A stretch of DNA of 64,000 nt from Thermodesulfobacteriota bacterium. Lineage in GTDB: Bacteria; Desulfobacterota; Desulfarculia; JACQYL01. Under the pieces are notes generated by a model. The model was not told the origin of the DNA. It did not search any database and worked only from the letters and a program-made list of their open reading frames with translations. Made by a program: the position numbers and the translations under genes. Numbering within the stretch: position 1 is the first letter of the stretch; each line of letters opens with the position of its first letter. The stretch spans positions 2,496,001 to 2,560,000 of the forward strand of contig CAXXLZ010000002.1 in NCBI GenBank assembly GCA_963675595.2, given 5' to 3'. Positions 49,466 through 59,727 of the stretch are shown here, one piece after another.

Positions 49466-51082
49466 ATGAACGATGACACGAGCAACGTAATCCTCCAAGA
49501 GCGTGTGTCCCGACTCGAGGAGCAGGTTCGAAAAGTGGAGGACCTAAAACGAGCCGTGGAGGAACGTGAACTCCGCTTTCTCACCCTGTTCCACAACGCC
49601 GGAGACGCCATCTTCATTCATGAGCCGGAAGGAAGGTTCATCGAAGTCAACGAGGCCGCCTGCAGACGTCTAGGGTATTCCAGAGAAGAACTCCTGACAA
49701 AGAGTCCAAAGGACATCGACACTCCGGAATATGCAGACCAACTATCGGAAAGAGTGCGGTCGATGCTCCTTACAGGGCGCGCCTCTTTTGAAACCGCCCA
49801 CGTCACCAGGAACGGAAAGATCATCCCGGTGGAACTGAGCGCCACGGTCATCGACTATGAAGGCCGACCCGCAGTCTTGAGCATCGCCCGGGACATTTCC
49901 CGAAGGAAGCGCGCGGAAGCGAAAATGCAGGAGACCAAAACCCGGCTCGCCAAGCTGGCGAAGGAGAAGACCGCCGAACTCCAGAAGGCGAACGATCGGC
50001 TGAAAACGGAACTCGGAGAACGCAAAAAACGCGAGGAAGAGCTGGAGATCAGCGAGAGGAAATATCGGCTCCTGGCCGAGAACATCAGCGACGTTATTTG
50101 GACCGCCGACCTCAACCTCCGGTTCACCTATGTGACCCCCTCCATTCTGCAGAGGTTGGGCTACACTCCCGAGGAATTCCTGAAACTCCGTGTGGAGGAC
50201 ATTGTCCACCCCTCCTTTCACAAAGCGTTGCTGGATGCGTTCGAGCAACGCAAGGAGCTGGAACGCCTTGGAAAAGGAGACGACCATGCCAGGAGCTGGG
50301 AAATCCAATGCATGGCCAAAGACGGCTCCACGGTCTGGGTGGAATCGGCCACCAAAGCCTTGCGCGATTCCAGCGGCAGGTTTCAGGGCGTCCTGGGTAT
50401 CAATCGAGACATCGGAGAGCGAAAACGGACCGAGGAGCAGGTCAAGTCTTCCTTGAAGGAGAAAGAGGTCCTTTTGAAGGAAGTGCACCATCGGATCAAG
50501 AACAACCTGCAGGTCATTTCCAGCCTGTTGAATCTTCAGGCGAGCAAGATTCACGACGACCAGACCGTCCACGCATTGAGAGACTGCCAGGGAAGAATCA
50601 AAGCCATGGCGTTGGCCCATCAGAGTCTTTACGGCAGTGATGATTTGCAGTCCGTTGACTTTGTCTCCTACCTCTCCGATCTCGCCCGTACGGTTTTTCA
50701 CTCCTATGAAACTAGAGGAGGAGCGGCCAAGTTGCACATCAACGCACCGAAGAAGTTCAAACTTCCCATGGATCGGGCGGTGCCCGTAGGGATCGTGGTG
50801 AACGAACTCCTTTCCAACGCTCTCAAATACGCTTTTCCGGATCAGAGAGAAGGAGTGGTCCGCCTGGAGATATTACCCCAGGTCGATGATGAGCTTCTTG
50901 TGGTTTGCTCGGACAACGGTGTCGGACTGCCTGAAGGTTACGATTGGCGCAAAACGGGGACACTGGGATTCCAGTTGGTGGTGGGACTCATTGAAGGTCA
51001 ACTCGACGGTTCCGTGAAACTGCTGCAGCAAGGGGAGACGCGTTTCGAACTTCGCATCAAAACCGAAGCTCGGCCTTCCTGA
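49466..51082 (+). CDS. Cytoplasmic PAS-PAS sensor histidine kinase (HisKA_2 family)
   Basis: Two PAS/PAC domains; LLKEVHHRIKNNLQ, NELLSNALKYAF, DNGVG. Confidence 0.92.
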   Translation: MNDDTSNVILQERVSRLEEQVRKVEDLKRAVEERELRFLTLFHNAGDAIFIHEPEGRFIEVNEAACRRLGYSREELLTKSPKDIDTPEYADQLSERVRSMLLTGRASFETAHVTRNGKIIPVELSATVIDYEGRPAVLSIARDISRRKRAEAKMQETKTRLAKLAKEKTAELQKANDRLKTELGERKKREEELEISERKYRLLAENISDVIWTADLNLRFTYVTPSILQRLGYTPEEFLKLRVEDIVHPSFHKALLDAFEQRKELERLGKGDDHARSWEIQCMAKDGSTVWVESATKALRDSSGRFQGVLGINRDIGERKRTEEQVKSSLKEKEVLLKEVHHRIKNNLQVISSLLNLQASKIHDDQTVHALRDCQGRIKAMALAHQSLYGSDDLQSVDFVSYLSDLARTVFHSYETRGGAAKLHINAPKKFKLPMDRAVPVGIVVNELLSNALKYAFPDQREGVVRLEILPQVDDELLVVCSDNGVGLPEGYDWRKTGTLGFQLVVGLIEGQLDGSVKLLQQGETRFELRIKTEARPS

Positions 51083-51103
51083 GCACGGCACTCCGAGGAA
51101 CCG

Positions 51104-51589
51104 TCACGACGCGTCCGCCGGACGGGCGGCACCGCTGAAGGGTTCCAGGTAGGGGCCGGCCAACGGAGCCAATTCGTCCTCATCCACACGAACGTTGTCT
51201 CCGTCGGTTTCCATACGTAACGAACCGCTTCGGTCGTAGGCCCTGCCCTGCAACCGAGTCAGGTATCCATTGGTAAATTGCTGAGTTCGGACGGCAACCA
51301 ACACTTCGCCGGCACCCGACACCACCTGAAATCCCCCCCGAACGGGTCGGTAAACACAATTGCCGGGATTCTCTCCGAGACGGTTCCAATTGATTTCCAC
51401 CAACAATTCGCCCTGCTCATCGAACAGGCGGCCGGAACAGCGAGGCGTAGTTTCACCGGGAAGGACGAAATCCGCCAGAAAATAGAAGTCGCCTTTGGAC
51501 CCCGGATCGCCCATCACAAAACCGGGAATCACCCGGTTGTTGACCAGGTAATTGTGATGAGCGCTGACCAGGCTTTGCTTCACCTTCAA
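51104..51589 (-). CDS. Hypothetical protein, probably co-transcribed with etfBA
   Basis: GGAGG upstream; 15 bp after the etfA stop; host-like codon usage. Confidence 0.65.
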   Translation of the reverse strand: MKVKQSLVSAHHNYLVNNRVIPGFVMGDPGSKGDFYFLADFVLPGETTPRCSGRLFDEQGELLVEINWNRLGENPGNCVYRPVRGGFQVVSGAGEVLVAVRTQQFTNGYLTRLQGRAYDRSGSLRMETDGDNVRVDEDELAPLAGPYLEPFSGAARPADAS

Positions 51590-51604
51590 TGCATTCCCTC
51601 CGGT

Positions 51605-52615
51605 TCAGAATCTTTTTCGAAGCTCTTCCAGGAGCAGGCCCACAATGGTTCTGCCGTCGCCCACGATACCCAGGTCGGCCATTCTGAAAATCGACGCCTT
51701 GGGATCCCGATTAATCGCAATGATGGTTTCGGCGCCGCGGATACCGGCGGTATACTGGAGCGCCCCGGACGTACCGATGGAGATAAGCAGCTTGGGCTTG
51801 ACGATGCGGCCCGTCTGGCCGATCAGCCGATCGGGAGCAGCCCACCCCGCCTGGATCGCGGGCAACGTGGCCCCCACTTCCGCTCCCAGCAAGTCCGCCA
51901 GTTCGAAAAGAGTCTCGAATTGATCCTTGGAGCCCATGCCACGGCCGCCCACGATCACCAGAGGGGCGTCCTCAAGGCGGGTTTCCCGATCTCTTTCCGG
52001 ACGACTTCGGATCTTTTCCACCCGTTCGTCGGGTATGATCTCCAACTCCGGATAGAGGATACACCCCACGGCGGAGGCGTCGTGAGGCAGTTCCTTGAAC
52101 GTGCCGGGATGCACCGTGGCCATTTGGGGACGTCGATTGGGGCATACGATTTCAGCCAGCAATTCCCCGCCGAACGCCGGGGTAATCTGCACAAGGCCCC
52201 GATCCGACGGGTCGATTTCCAGGTCTACGCAATCCGAACTCAAACCCGTGTCCAGCCGCTTGGCCAACCGTGGAAACAACTCTCTGCCGAACCGGGTGGC
52301 GCCCCCCAGGATGATTTCGGGACGATACAACTCCACCAACTGAGACATGATGCCGGAGTATGTTTCGGCTCGGTAGTCTTTCAGGGCCGGAAGATCCACC
52401 ACCACCACCGTGTCGGCACCGTGGGCCACGTACTCCATCGCCCACTGGTGCACCCGTTCCCCCAACAGCAGAACGGTCACCCCTGTATCCAGTTTTCCGG
52501 CCAAGTCCTTGGCTCTGGCGATCAGCTGCAGCGTCACCCGGTTCTTGAAGTAATTCCGGTAATCTCCAAAAACCCAGACCCGCCCGCAGGCGTCGCTACT
52601 CTGCACTCTCCTCAT
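51605..52615 (-). CDS. etfA: Electron transfer flavoprotein alpha subunit with atypical FAD-site residues
   Basis: TGLSSDC, PAFGG, PQMATV, GGRGMG, IGQTG, SGALQ, AINRD. Confidence 0.92.
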   Translation of the reverse strand: MRRVQSSDACGRVWVFGDYRNYFKNRVTLQLIARAKDLAGKLDTGVTVLLLGERVHQWAMEYVAHGADTVVVVDLPALKDYRAETYSGIMSQLVELYRPEIILGGATRFGRELFPRLAKRLDTGLSSDCVDLEIDPSDRGLVQITPAFGGELLAEIVCPNRRPQMATVHPGTFKELPHDASAVGCILYPELEIIPDERVEKIRSRPERDRETRLEDAPLVIVGGRGMGSKDQFETLFELADLLGAEVGATLPAIQAGWAAPDRLIGQTGRIVKPKLLISIGTSGALQYTAGIRGAETIIAINRDPKASIFRMADLGIVGDGRTIVGLLLEELRKRF

Positions 52616-53402
52616 CCAGTATCCCCAACGATTCCAATTTGCGGATCAGGGTCTCGCAAAGCACGGCCGACGTACCCTGGACAATTTCACCTTTGGACCT
52701 GGGAGGAGGAGAACTCAACTTCACCACCCAAGTGGCGGAGCCTTCAAACCCCACCTCACCCGGTTCCAACCCTAGATCCCGATGATCCCAACAGGTCACT
52801 TCGCCGAAAGAAAACGCCCGGCTCAACCCTCCCAAAGAAAGGCTTCCGGGCGCGCACAATTCTTTGGACACGGTGAGAAGCGCGGGCAAACGCACGCGGA
52901 GGGTTTCGAGCACACCATCCTCCACGCGCTTCACCACCAGCCCGTCCTCCTCCGGAAAAATCTCATTGACCGCGCACACCTGAGGAAGATCGAGTTCTTC
53001 GGCCACCTGTGGTCCCACGTGCGCCGTGTCGCTGTCTATGGTGTGGGTCCCGCACAGCACAAGGTCGGGAAACACGTCCAATCTCGATATGGCCGCGGCG
53101 AGCACGTGGGAGGTCGCCAAAGTATCGGCACCGGCGAAAACGGGGTCTGAAAGCAGTATGGCCCGATCCGCTCCGTAGGCCAGAGCTTCGCGCAATGCCC
53201 CCGCGGTTTGAGGGGGTCCCATACTCAGAACGGTGATCTCCCCCCCGAGCTGATTTCTGAGTTCCACGCCGGCCACAAGGGCGACGCAATCCAGGGGATT
53301 GATGACGCTGTCCGCCCCCTCCCGAATCACGGTCATGCGGTCCCGGTCCATTTTGAGCTTCGGGGATTCCGGAACCTGCTTGATGCACACCACGATATTC
53401 AT
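52596..53402 (-). CDS. etfB: Electron transfer flavoprotein beta subunit
   Basis: MNIVVCIKQVP, SMGP, FAGADTLATS, IDSDTAHVGP. Confidence 0.93.
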   Translation of the reverse strand: MNIVVCIKQVPESPKLKMDRDRMTVIREGADSVINPLDCVALVAGVELRNQLGGEITVLSMGPPQTAGALREALAYGADRAILLSDPVFAGADTLATSHVLAAAISRLDVFPDLVLCGTHTIDSDTAHVGPQVAEELDLPQVCAVNEIFPEEDGLVVKRVEDGVLETLRVRLPALLTVSKELCAPGSLSLGGLSRAFSFGEVTCWDHRDLGLEPGEVGFEGSATWVVKLSSPPPRSKGEIVQGTSAVLCETLIRKLESLGILDEESAE

Positions 53403-53555
53403 TGCTTTTGTTCCAGCCCCGGTGCGAAGGCCTTGGGATTCCTCCGGCCGCACCGAAAATCGGTGATCATCAAAATTGAAGTTCATTCCGGGAAGGCGAT
53501 GGACGAACGGGCAATCGAGCCTTTCCCAAACCTGATCGAATCGGGAACGCCGGCC

Positions 53556-54698
53556 TCAAGAATCCAAGAGGCTTCTGGCGATGACCATGCGCTGAATCTC
53601 CGAAGTTCCCTCGTAAATTTCGCAAATTTTGGCGTCTCGGTAATAGCGCTCTATGGGATAGGCTTTGGTGTAGCCGTATCCTCCGTGGATCTGAAGCCCG
53701 AGTCTGGTGGCGTCCACGGCGGCCTCGGATGCAAACATCTTAGCCATCGCCGATTCCCGATTGAAGGGAACGCCTCGGTCCTTCAGGTTCGCCGCGCGGT
53801 GAAGCAACAGACGCGCCGCGTCGATGCGAGTGGCCATATCGGCCAGAAAACCCTGAATGGCCCCGAATTCGGAAATCGGCTTTCCAAACTGGAACCGTTC
53901 ACCCGCGTATTTCAGAGACGCATCCAGAGCCGCCTGGGCTATGCCCAAAGCTTGCGCACCGATTCCAACCCGTCCGCCGGCCAGGGTCGACAAAGCGACT
54001 TTCATGCCCGAGCCCTCGGTTCCGACGAGGTTCTCCTCCGGCACCCGGCAGTCGTTGAAGGAAATGGAACACACGGGATTGCCCCTCATGCCCATAAGGT
54101 CTTCCACCGGCCCCTTGGCCAACCCCTTACGCTCGCTTTCCACGATGAAAACGGAATACCTGCGTTTCTTATCATCTTGAGTGGACAAAGCAAAAACAAG
54201 GTTGATGCCCGAAACCCCGCCGTTGGTCACGAAAATCTTGTTGCCGTTGATCACGTATTCATCGCCGTGCCGCACCGCCACCGTTTCCAGGGATGCCGCG
54301 TCCGAACCCGCATTGGGCTCAGTGAGACAAAAGGTCCCGATGTGCTCCCCTTTGGCCAAAGGTACGAGTACGCGCCTTTTCTGCTCCTCGCTCCCGAAAT
54401 GGTAGACAGGGGAGGCGGATACCCCGTTGTGCACGGTCACGCACAACGCCACGGCACCCGATACTCTGGAAAGCTCCTCCACGGTGATGGCGGCGCTGAC
54501 GGCGTCCAACCCCGCCCCGCCGTATTCCTGAGGAATTTCCAGACCGAAATAGTTCAGGGTCCCCATCTCGGCGATCAGGTCCGGAGGAAGCACCCTGGTC
54601 TGTTCCATCTCCTCGATGTAGGGAGCAATCCTCTCTTCGGCGAATTTGCGGACCGTTCTTCGAATGACCGTCTGCTTGATGTCGGGTTCGAGCCTCAT
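53556..54698 (-). CDS. Acyl-CoA dehydrogenase (butyryl-CoA dehydrogenase-like)
   Basis: FCLTEPNAGSD, INGNKIFVTNG, RFQFGKPI, QIHGGYGY, EIYEGTSEIQR. Confidence 0.95.
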   Translation of the reverse strand: MRLEPDIKQTVIRRTVRKFAEERIAPYIEEMEQTRVLPPDLIAEMGTLNYFGLEIPQEYGGAGLDAVSAAITVEELSRVSGAVALCVTVHNGVSASPVYHFGSEEQKRRVLVPLAKGEHIGTFCLTEPNAGSDAASLETVAVRHGDEYVINGNKIFVTNGGVSGINLVFALSTQDDKKRRYSVFIVESERKGLAKGPVEDLMGMRGNPVCSISFNDCRVPEENLVGTEGSGMKVALSTLAGGRVGIGAQALGIAQAALDASLKYAGERFQFGKPISEFGAIQGFLADMATRIDAARLLLHRAANLKDRGVPFNRESAMAKMFASEAAVDATRLGLQIHGGYGYTKAYPIERYYRDAKICEIYEGTSEIQRMVIARSLLDS

Positions 54699-54734
54699 GA
54701 AAAAAGAGATCCTCGATGATTGTCCGGCCGTCCT

Positions 54735-55433
54735 TCAGATGCCGGACTTGGTGATCTTCTGATAATACGTTCCGGAGAGATACACCGCTGCAAGGGGGTT
54801 GTGTCCCGTTACCCGGTCCTTGACGGCAAGCACCGTCGTTGGAGCTTCGGCGTATTTGAAAAACAGGGAATCGTGTCCCACACAAAGCCCCAACAAAACA
54901 TTGAACTCCGTCTTTTCGTGGTTGAGCAGCATGGCTTGATAAACAGGGTTGCACATGGCTTCGTCGGTACCCTGATATATTTTTTCCTCGTCCGTCAAGC
55001 CGATACGCTCTTTTGGAGTTCTGCCGGCTTTGCAGGCCACGGAAATCGTTTCGAAGCCCCCGGCCTTAAATATGTCCTCCACAAGGGCGGCTTCCGGAGC
55101 CAAACCGACGCAAAAAGCCAGCCCGAGGCGACGATACCCCATTTTCTGCGCAAACTCGCAGATCTCCACGATCCTGGTCTTGGAGGGTTGCATCACATAA
55201 GGGCCGGGAGCCCGGTTCGCGTAGCATTCGGCTTCCTGGATGGATGCGTTCCTGGCGAATTCCCTCACGGACGGAAGGTCGTATTGAGCATCGGCCTCTT
55301 TTAAAACCTCCGACCGCGTCAGAGTGGGACAACCTTGTGAAGGTTTGCCCTCCTCATTCATACAGAGCTTTTCCCGCATGTGCGGCTTACAGGAAGCACA
55401 CGCGGGCGTCGTTTTGGAGTCTTCTTCAGCCAA
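54735..55433 (-). CDS. DUF1847-family Cys-rich protein
   Basis: TRIVEI, GLAFCVGL, ACK, MCNP, GLCVGHD, KDRVTGHNP; RBS GGAAGG with TTG start. Confidence 0.85.
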   Translation of the reverse strand: MAEEDSKTTPACASCKPHMREKLCMNEEGKPSQGCPTLTRSEVLKEADAQYDLPSVREFARNASIQEAECYANRAPGPYVMQPSKTRIVEICEFAQKMGYRRLGLAFCVGLAPEAALVEDIFKAGGFETISVACKAGRTPKERIGLTDEEKIYQGTDEAMCNPVYQAMLLNHEKTEFNVLLGLCVGHDSLFFKYAEAPTTVLAVKDRVTGHNPLAAVYLSGTYYQKITKSGI

Positions 55434-55493
55434 TGCCCACCTTCCTCATCTTCAGGAACCAAAATTCTCGGGATTTTTCAGCGAAGTCAAGAC

Positions 55494-55522
55494 AGCATAG
55501 AGCCTGCCCTCACCGGTGTCAA
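55494..55522 (-). promoter_or_regulatory. Sigma70 promoter for the DUF1847-acd-etf cluster
   Basis: TTGACA-17 nt-TATGCT about 60 nt upstream of the start. Confidence 0.65.
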
Positions 55523-55804
55523 CGGAGAGATAACTCTATCGCTGCATTCGATCGATCGTCAAACGCTACGTAGGATTTCCAGACGCCGTGTCATCTCGGT
55601 GAAGGATCATGCAGCGCCTCGCCCCTCCGTATTTCACCCGGTGCCGGAGGGTGAAAGAGCGAGGAGAGGCCGAGGCGCGACCAGGCATCCGGAGAGTCCC
55701 TCTACCCTGGTCGTAAACGCAGGGTGTTCGAGATCGGCGGGAAGCCGGACAGGAGGAATCACATCGGGGGAACCCGGACGAAAAGGAGTATCGCCGCGTC
55801 CTTA

Positions 55805-56017
55805 TCAGTTGCGGAGTAGTTTGGGTAACAAGCACTCAAGTGGGACCCGCCCATGGACCGCATGGATTCGGTGCCGCGCGGTGTCCGCAGCCCGGTTTCC
55901 ATTGCGTTCGATGGTGTCAAACGCCTCCCGCAACTCACGGTAGCGGATCCACATCCGATTCCTTCGGGCTTGATCCCCGGCGAGATAGCGATCCAGGACT
56001 TCCAGGTCTTGGCTCAT
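55805..56017 (-). CDS. Small hypothetical protein (70 aa)
   Basis: Strong RBS GAGGAGG 6 nt before ATG (MSQDLEVLDRY); operator-like site upstream. Confidence 0.6.
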   Translation of the reverse strand: MSQDLEVLDRYLAGDQARRNRMWIRYRELREAFDTIERNGNRAADTARHRIHAVHGRVPLECLLPKLLRN

Positions 56018-56070
56018 GACGGACCTCCTCGACTTGTACGTTCTTGGTGATGGGTGACGCACCGTTCTTG

Positions 56071-56086
56071 TACGGACCGGTTGGTA
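56071..56086. promoter_or_regulatory. Putative TetR operator 2
   Basis: TACGGACCGGTTGGTA, a near-palindrome related to CCGACCGGTCGG at 56822. Confidence 0.55.
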
Positions 56087-56139
56087 TATTTTTGTGCCCG
56101 CCTTATACTCCTCCAGGTTCCTACAACCTCAGCCTTCAG

Positions 56140-56736
56140 TTACTTACGCAGTTGGGAGATGTAGTACCGGAGCTGATTGCAGGTTTGCTTCCAGATGGAT
56201 TCGTTGCGAATGGCCGCATAGAGCGCCGAAGCTCCGCTCAGAGTAATGACGATGAAGTTGCTGATTTCTTCGAAGTTCAATCCGTCCTTGAGGAGCCCCG
56301 CTTCTTCCGCCTCTTCCAGCCACGAGCGGATCAGGCGCGCGAAACGGACAAATCCCCGAAGAACATGTTTGCTCATGGAGGTGGATTGTCCCGAGAGTTC
56401 CACAAGCATATTCAGAAAAAAACATCCGCCGTCGAAGACCTCATCCCCGATGTAGTATCGCATGTCGTTTTCAAGCGCCAGCTCTATGCGTTCCACGGGA
56501 TCCTCGACCTCACGAACCCGCTTGAACACCATGGAGCGCCAAATTCGCACCGCTTCGTCGTAGACGGCGTACCAGATATCTTCCTTGCTTCGAAAATGCC
56601 CGTAGAGACCGCCCTTGGTCAGTCCCGTAGCTGCGAGAATGTCGGCCACCGACGTATTGTAATAGCCTTTGACGGAGAAGAGCTGCAAAGAACGATCAAT
56701 GATCTTCTTTCTCGTTTGGGCGCCTTTGGCCGCCAT
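56140..56736 (-). CDS. TetR/AcrR-family transcriptional regulator
   Basis: KGYYNTSVADI...GLTKGGLYGHFRSKED HTH; RBS GGAGG. Confidence 0.95.
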   Translation of the reverse strand: MAAKGAQTRKKIIDRSLQLFSVKGYYNTSVADILAATGLTKGGLYGHFRSKEDIWYAVYDEAVRIWRSMVFKRVREVEDPVERIELALENDMRYYIGDEVFDGGCFFLNMLVELSGQSTSMSKHVLRGFVRFARLIRSWLEEAEEAGLLKDGLNFEEISNFIVITLSGASALYAAIRNESIWKQTCNQLRYYISQLRK

Positions 56737-56821
56737 GAATTGTCCTCCGCAGGCTCTGCTTGGTCGGCCGGAACCGGCTCCAATCGCCTCCCGGACCGAG
56801 CTGATGGAGCCGCCGAAAAAT

Positions 56822-56845
56822 CCGACCGGTCGGTTTATTATAACA
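56822..56845 (-). promoter_or_regulatory. tetR extended -10 promoter with adjacent palindromic operator
   Basis: Minus strand TGTTATAAT (56845-56837) followed by the perfect palindrome CCGACCGGTCGG (56822-56833). Confidence 0.65.
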
Positions 56846-57220
56846 TACGGATACCCGTCTTTGACGTCAAGTCATATTCTCACTTTCCATCACAACCCGC
56901 CGCTCAAAGCCGGACGATCCTGAGAATGCCGGAGAACCACTTCCGCTCTTCCATTTCCCGAGACCTCTCGGAGCGTACCGGCCCAACCGGCACCCCTTCG
57001 AAATTCAGCGTTTGTGTATGATCGGTCATCTCAACGAACATCCCCGAAATCGAAGAGAGTCCGGCGGCCGTCTCCATGCGCGCCTTTCTCCAATTCGCTG
57101 TTCAACTCCCGGAGATTTTCGTGTATACGAAGGAGCTAGAGTCCGGCGGCCGCTCCGAGACTCCAGGGTCCTCCTCGACCGGTCCGCCGGGTTTTCATTT
57201 GTTCGAAAAGGAGGACACCC

Positions 57221-57937
57221 ATGCCGAGACTCTCAGTGAACATAGACCACGTCGCCACGGTTCGTGAGGCCCGGAAGACCTTCGAGCCCGAGCCCGTAGC
57301 CGCCGCCGTGATGGCCCAGTTGGGCGGCGCCGACGGAATTATCGTACATCTTCGCGAAGACCGAAGGCACATCCAGGATCGGGACGTCTACCTACTTAAG
57401 GAGGTCGTCTCAACCAAGCTCAACCTGGAAATGGCCGCCACGGATGAAATCGTCCGCATCGCGCTCAACGTCAAACCGGACATGGCCACTCTGGTCCCCG
57501 AGCGGAGAGAAGAGCTGACCACCGAAGGAGGGCTCGATGTTGCGGGGAATCTTTCCCGAATCGCCGAAACGGTGTCCACGCTGAAAAGAGGGGGAATCCG
57601 AGTCAGCCTTTTTGTGGACCCCTCATTGGATCAAGTGGCCGCGGCAAAAAGAGCCGGGGCGGACATCATCGAAATCCATACGGGAGCGTATGCCGAAGCC
57701 GACTCCGAGGCCGAAGCGGAACAGCGTTTCCGGGACGCGGCCGTGGCGGCTCGAAAAGCCTACACCCTCGGACTTCGCGTCGCCGTGGGGCACGGCCTCA
57801 CCTATCACAACGTAAAACGCTTCACGCGGATTCCTGAAATCGAAGAGTTCAGTATCGGACACTCCATCATTTCCAGGGCCGTTCTGGTAGGGCTGGAGCG
57901 CGCCGTTCGAGACATGGCGGCGTTGCTGAAAGACTAG
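57221..57937 (+). CDS. pdxJ: Pyridoxine 5'-phosphate synthase
   Basis: [46 protein letters not shown]. Confidence 0.97.
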   Translation: MPRLSVNIDHVATVREARKTFEPEPVAAAVMAQLGGADGIIVHLREDRRHIQDRDVYLLKEVVSTKLNLEMAATDEIVRIALNVKPDMATLVPERREELTTEGGLDVAGNLSRIAETVSTLKRGGIRVSLFVDPSLDQVAAAKRAGADIIEIHTGAYAEADSEAEAEQRFRDAAVAARKAYTLGLRVAVGHGLTYHNVKRFTRIPEIEEFSIGHSIISRAVLVGLERAVRDMAALLKD

Positions 57938-58070
57938 GCTTCGGTTATTGATTTCGCTCTCTCCAGAAGTAAATGAAGCGCTTCGTCGAAAAACCCGTTT
58001 TTCACCCGTCCGCCGATGCCCTCCCACAACGGGGAGCGCATCGCCGCCAAAGCGGCATTGGAGGACCGTC

Positions 58071-59666
58071 ATGCGACTTGTGACCGCCGAGCAAATGCGC
58101 ACACTGGACCGCCGCACCATCGAGGAAACCGGCATACCCGGGGTCGTCCTCATGGAGAACGCCGGACGTACCGCCTTCCAAATCATCCATGAAATATTTT
58201 CACCTTTTTGCGGGAAGAAAGTGCTCATTTTCGCCGGAAGGGGGAACAACGGCGGAGACGGATTCGTTCTGGCGAGGTATTTTCTGGAGGCGGGCGCTTT
58301 CGTGGAAGTGCTTCTGTTGTCCACCATGGACAAGGTCGGGGGCGACGCCCGCATCAATCTGGAAATCTGTCGGAACATGGGGATTCCCATCCAGGAAGTC
58401 ACGTCGGAAGAAGACCTGTCTCCCGCTCAGGAACGCTGGTCTCAGGCGTATTTGCTGGTGGACGCCCTGTTGGGCACGGGTCTGAACTCCGAAGTTCGAG
58501 GACTTTTCGCCACCGCCATCGAGCTGATGAACCATCTTCCCACGCCCGTGGTTTCCGTAGACATTCCCTCGGGACTGGACTCGGACCGAGGCGTGATGTT
58601 GGGAACCGCGGTACAGGCCGACCTTACGGTCACCTTCGGCTTTCCCAAGATTGGACACGCGGTCTATCCGGGCCGGGGCCTGACGGGCACGCTGGCCTGC
58701 GTCGACATCTCGATCCCCGGCTCCCTGCTGAAAACCGAACGGATTCGAAGCCGTCTCCTTACACGCGAAGAATTGACCTTCCCGGCGGAACGGTCTCCGG
58801 ATGCGCACAAAGGACATTTCGGTCATCTTCTGGCTCTGGCGGGAAGTCCCGGCAAAACCGGCGCAGGAGCGCTCCTGGCCGGCGCGGCCGCCCGCGCCGG
58901 GACCGGTCTGGTCACTCTGGGCGTTCCCAAGAGTCTCAACCCCATTTTAGAGGCCAAACTCACCGAAGCCATGACCCTGCCGTTGCCTGAAACGGAAGAC
59001 GGCGTGCTGTGCAAGGAGTCTTTGGAAGCGATGGAGGCATCTTTGCCCGGCAAAACCGCATTGGCTGTCGGACCCGGAGTTTCCACCCGGCCCGAAACCG
59101 CGGAGTGCGTTTGTGAACTCATACGCCGTTCCTCCATTCCCATGGTGCTCGACGCCGACGCCCTGACCGCAATAGCCGACCGTCCGGACGTGCTCCTGGA
59201 ATCCAAGGTTCCCCTCATTCTCACGCCGCATCCGGGAGAGATGTCGCGATTGACGGGAAAGTCCACTCGTGAGATACAGACCGACCGAACGGCCGTTGCC
59301 GCTTCTTTCGCCGAAAAGTTCGGCGTCCACCTGGTGCTGAAAGGAGCACGAACCGTAATCGCCCTCCCCGATGGAGAAATCTTCGTAAACGTCACGGGCA
59401 ATCCCGGACTTGCTTCGGGCGGTACCGGAGACGTGCTCACGGGTCTTATCGGTGGATTTCTCGCCCAAGGCATGGCGCCCGAGGAAGCGGCCAAACTCGG
59501 AGTGTATCTCCACGGTCTGGCTGCCGACATGTGCGCGGAGGAAATCGGCTCCATCGGATTTCTCGCCGGCGATCTCTGTAACCGCATACCCGATGCTCTT
59601 GCCCGGCTTATGGGCGACGAGGAGGAAGCGGAATTCCCCATACCCCTGGCCGTTCTCGTGCCTTGA
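58071..59666 (+). CDS. nnr: Bifunctional NAD(P)HX epimerase/dehydratase (YjeF)
   Basis: LMENAG, GRGNNGGDG, DALLGTG, VDIPSG, HKGHFG, TPHPGEM, LASGGTGDVL; RBS GGAGG. Confidence 0.95.
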   Translation: MRLVTAEQMRTLDRRTIEETGIPGVVLMENAGRTAFQIIHEIFSPFCGKKVLIFAGRGNNGGDGFVLARYFLEAGAFVEVLLLSTMDKVGGDARINLEICRNMGIPIQEVTSEEDLSPAQERWSQAYLLVDALLGTGLNSEVRGLFATAIELMNHLPTPVVSVDIPSGLDSDRGVMLGTAVQADLTVTFGFPKIGHAVYPGRGLTGTLACVDISIPGSLLKTERIRSRLLTREELTFPAERSPDAHKGHFGHLLALAGSPGKTGAGALLAGAAARAGTGLVTLGVPKSLNPILEAKLTEAMTLPLPETEDGVLCKESLEAMEASLPGKTALAVGPGVSTRPETAECVCELIRRSSIPMVLDADALTAIADRPDVLLESKVPLILTPHPGEMSRLTGKSTREIQTDRTAVAASFAEKFGVHLVLKGARTVIALPDGEIFVNVTGNPGLASGGTGDVLTGLIGGFLAQGMAPEEAAKLGVYLHGLAADMCAEEIGSIGFLAGDLCNRIPDALARLMGDEEEAEFPIPLAVLVP

Positions 59667-59727
59667 GCGTGGAAGGGAACATCGAACGGAATCGTGTGCA
59701 CCTCGATCTCCGGACCGGGACTTTCGG

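Noticed and set aside
2227-54719. Long antisense ORFs (2227-3750, 26869-28185, 33862-35325, 51278-52876, 53208-54719)
   Set aside because: They are shadows of well-supported genes on the opposite strand, as expected in GC-rich DNA.
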